64,000 nucleotides of DNA from Azolla caroliniana. Taxonomy: Eukaryota > Plantae > Polypodiophyta. The stretch is taken from positions 25,048,001 to 25,112,000 of the forward strand of contig JBHGNT010000004.1 in NCBI GenBank assembly GCA_043228905.1. Reading direction: 5' to 3'. Of the stretch, positions 63,276 through 64,000 are shown in pieces. Numbering within the stretch: position 1 is the first letter of the stretch; each line of letters starts with the position of its first letter. A program made the translations under genes and the position numbers. The notes beneath the pieces are model-generated. The model saw only the letters and a program-made list of their open reading frames with translations, was not told the origin of the DNA and made no database searches.

Positions 63276-64000
63276 AACTAACTATTGCCTTCTAAAGATT
63301 TGTATTTGGCTTCATGATGCACAATAAGGACGAAAAAACAAGATGTTCTCGGTCCTACTTGGCTGCTGATATTAATACAATTTATCAATCTGGATGTGGC
63401 ATGAGATGGAATATGCAACTTTCATATCAAGCTCTACATTCCCTTGAACCTTATACCATCCATCATCAGGCTTTTGTGCTATAAGAAGATGACAAATGGG
63501 AGACGCTGGAAATGCGTGCAGGACTAGTTAAATGGTGTCAGAGGGGAAATGAGGGTTGATATATAGAGTTGACAATGCAGGAATTCTGTTAAATCATAGT
63601 ATACACAATCAGATGAATGCAATGCAATGCATTTCCAACTTTGTGGAAAAGATTTCAAGCACACATCATGAGTAGAGGGAATAAATAAATAGAAGAGATA
63701 AAACTTTGGAACCGAGAATTGACACTCTGGACCATGATGCCACATTGATAGTCAGAGAGTTTTGGATGGATGAGAATTGCCTGAAGTGATGAGCATTTTC
63801 CTTCTAAGTTCTTGAACTAATAACAAATGTCGCATTTGACATTGTAACATGGATCGGGTAATGAACTTGCATGAAACAGTATCACGATGAAATGGTGGAA
63901 AAAGCCTATTCTCTCTACAAACCCTACAAAGGGTGGTAGATTATGCTTTTAAGCAGGGTATCGGGGGAGACACACTTTAAACATGTGCCAGCTTCTTTCC

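Overview
Land-plant nuclear DNA. The intronless PLS-class PPR genes and the gene set suggest a fern or other non-seed vascular plant (inference). Seven host genes were reconstructed with GT-AG exon structures: a PXY/TDR-like LRR receptor kinase (+), the mitochondrial ATP synthase 24-kDa FAd subunit (-, 7 exons), a clade-E-type GH28 polygalacturonase (-, 5 exons), a conserved 132-aa plant protein of unknown function (-, 4 exons), two PLS-PPR genes (+) and an alpha-expansin (-, 3 exons). The centre (17295-29645) is a nested transposon complex. Two inverted copies of the same end of a CATAG-terminated DNA-transposon family share a flanking direct repeat (g)ttacatc. They enclose a Ty3/gypsy body lacking a 5' LTR, which is interrupted by a complete Ty1/copia element (TSD attct) and by a poly(A) non-LTR insert. 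That non-coding poly(A) element has three copies in the window, each with its own long TSD, and the longest copy carries six ~150-bp tandem monomers. All alignments and mismatch counts were done by eye.
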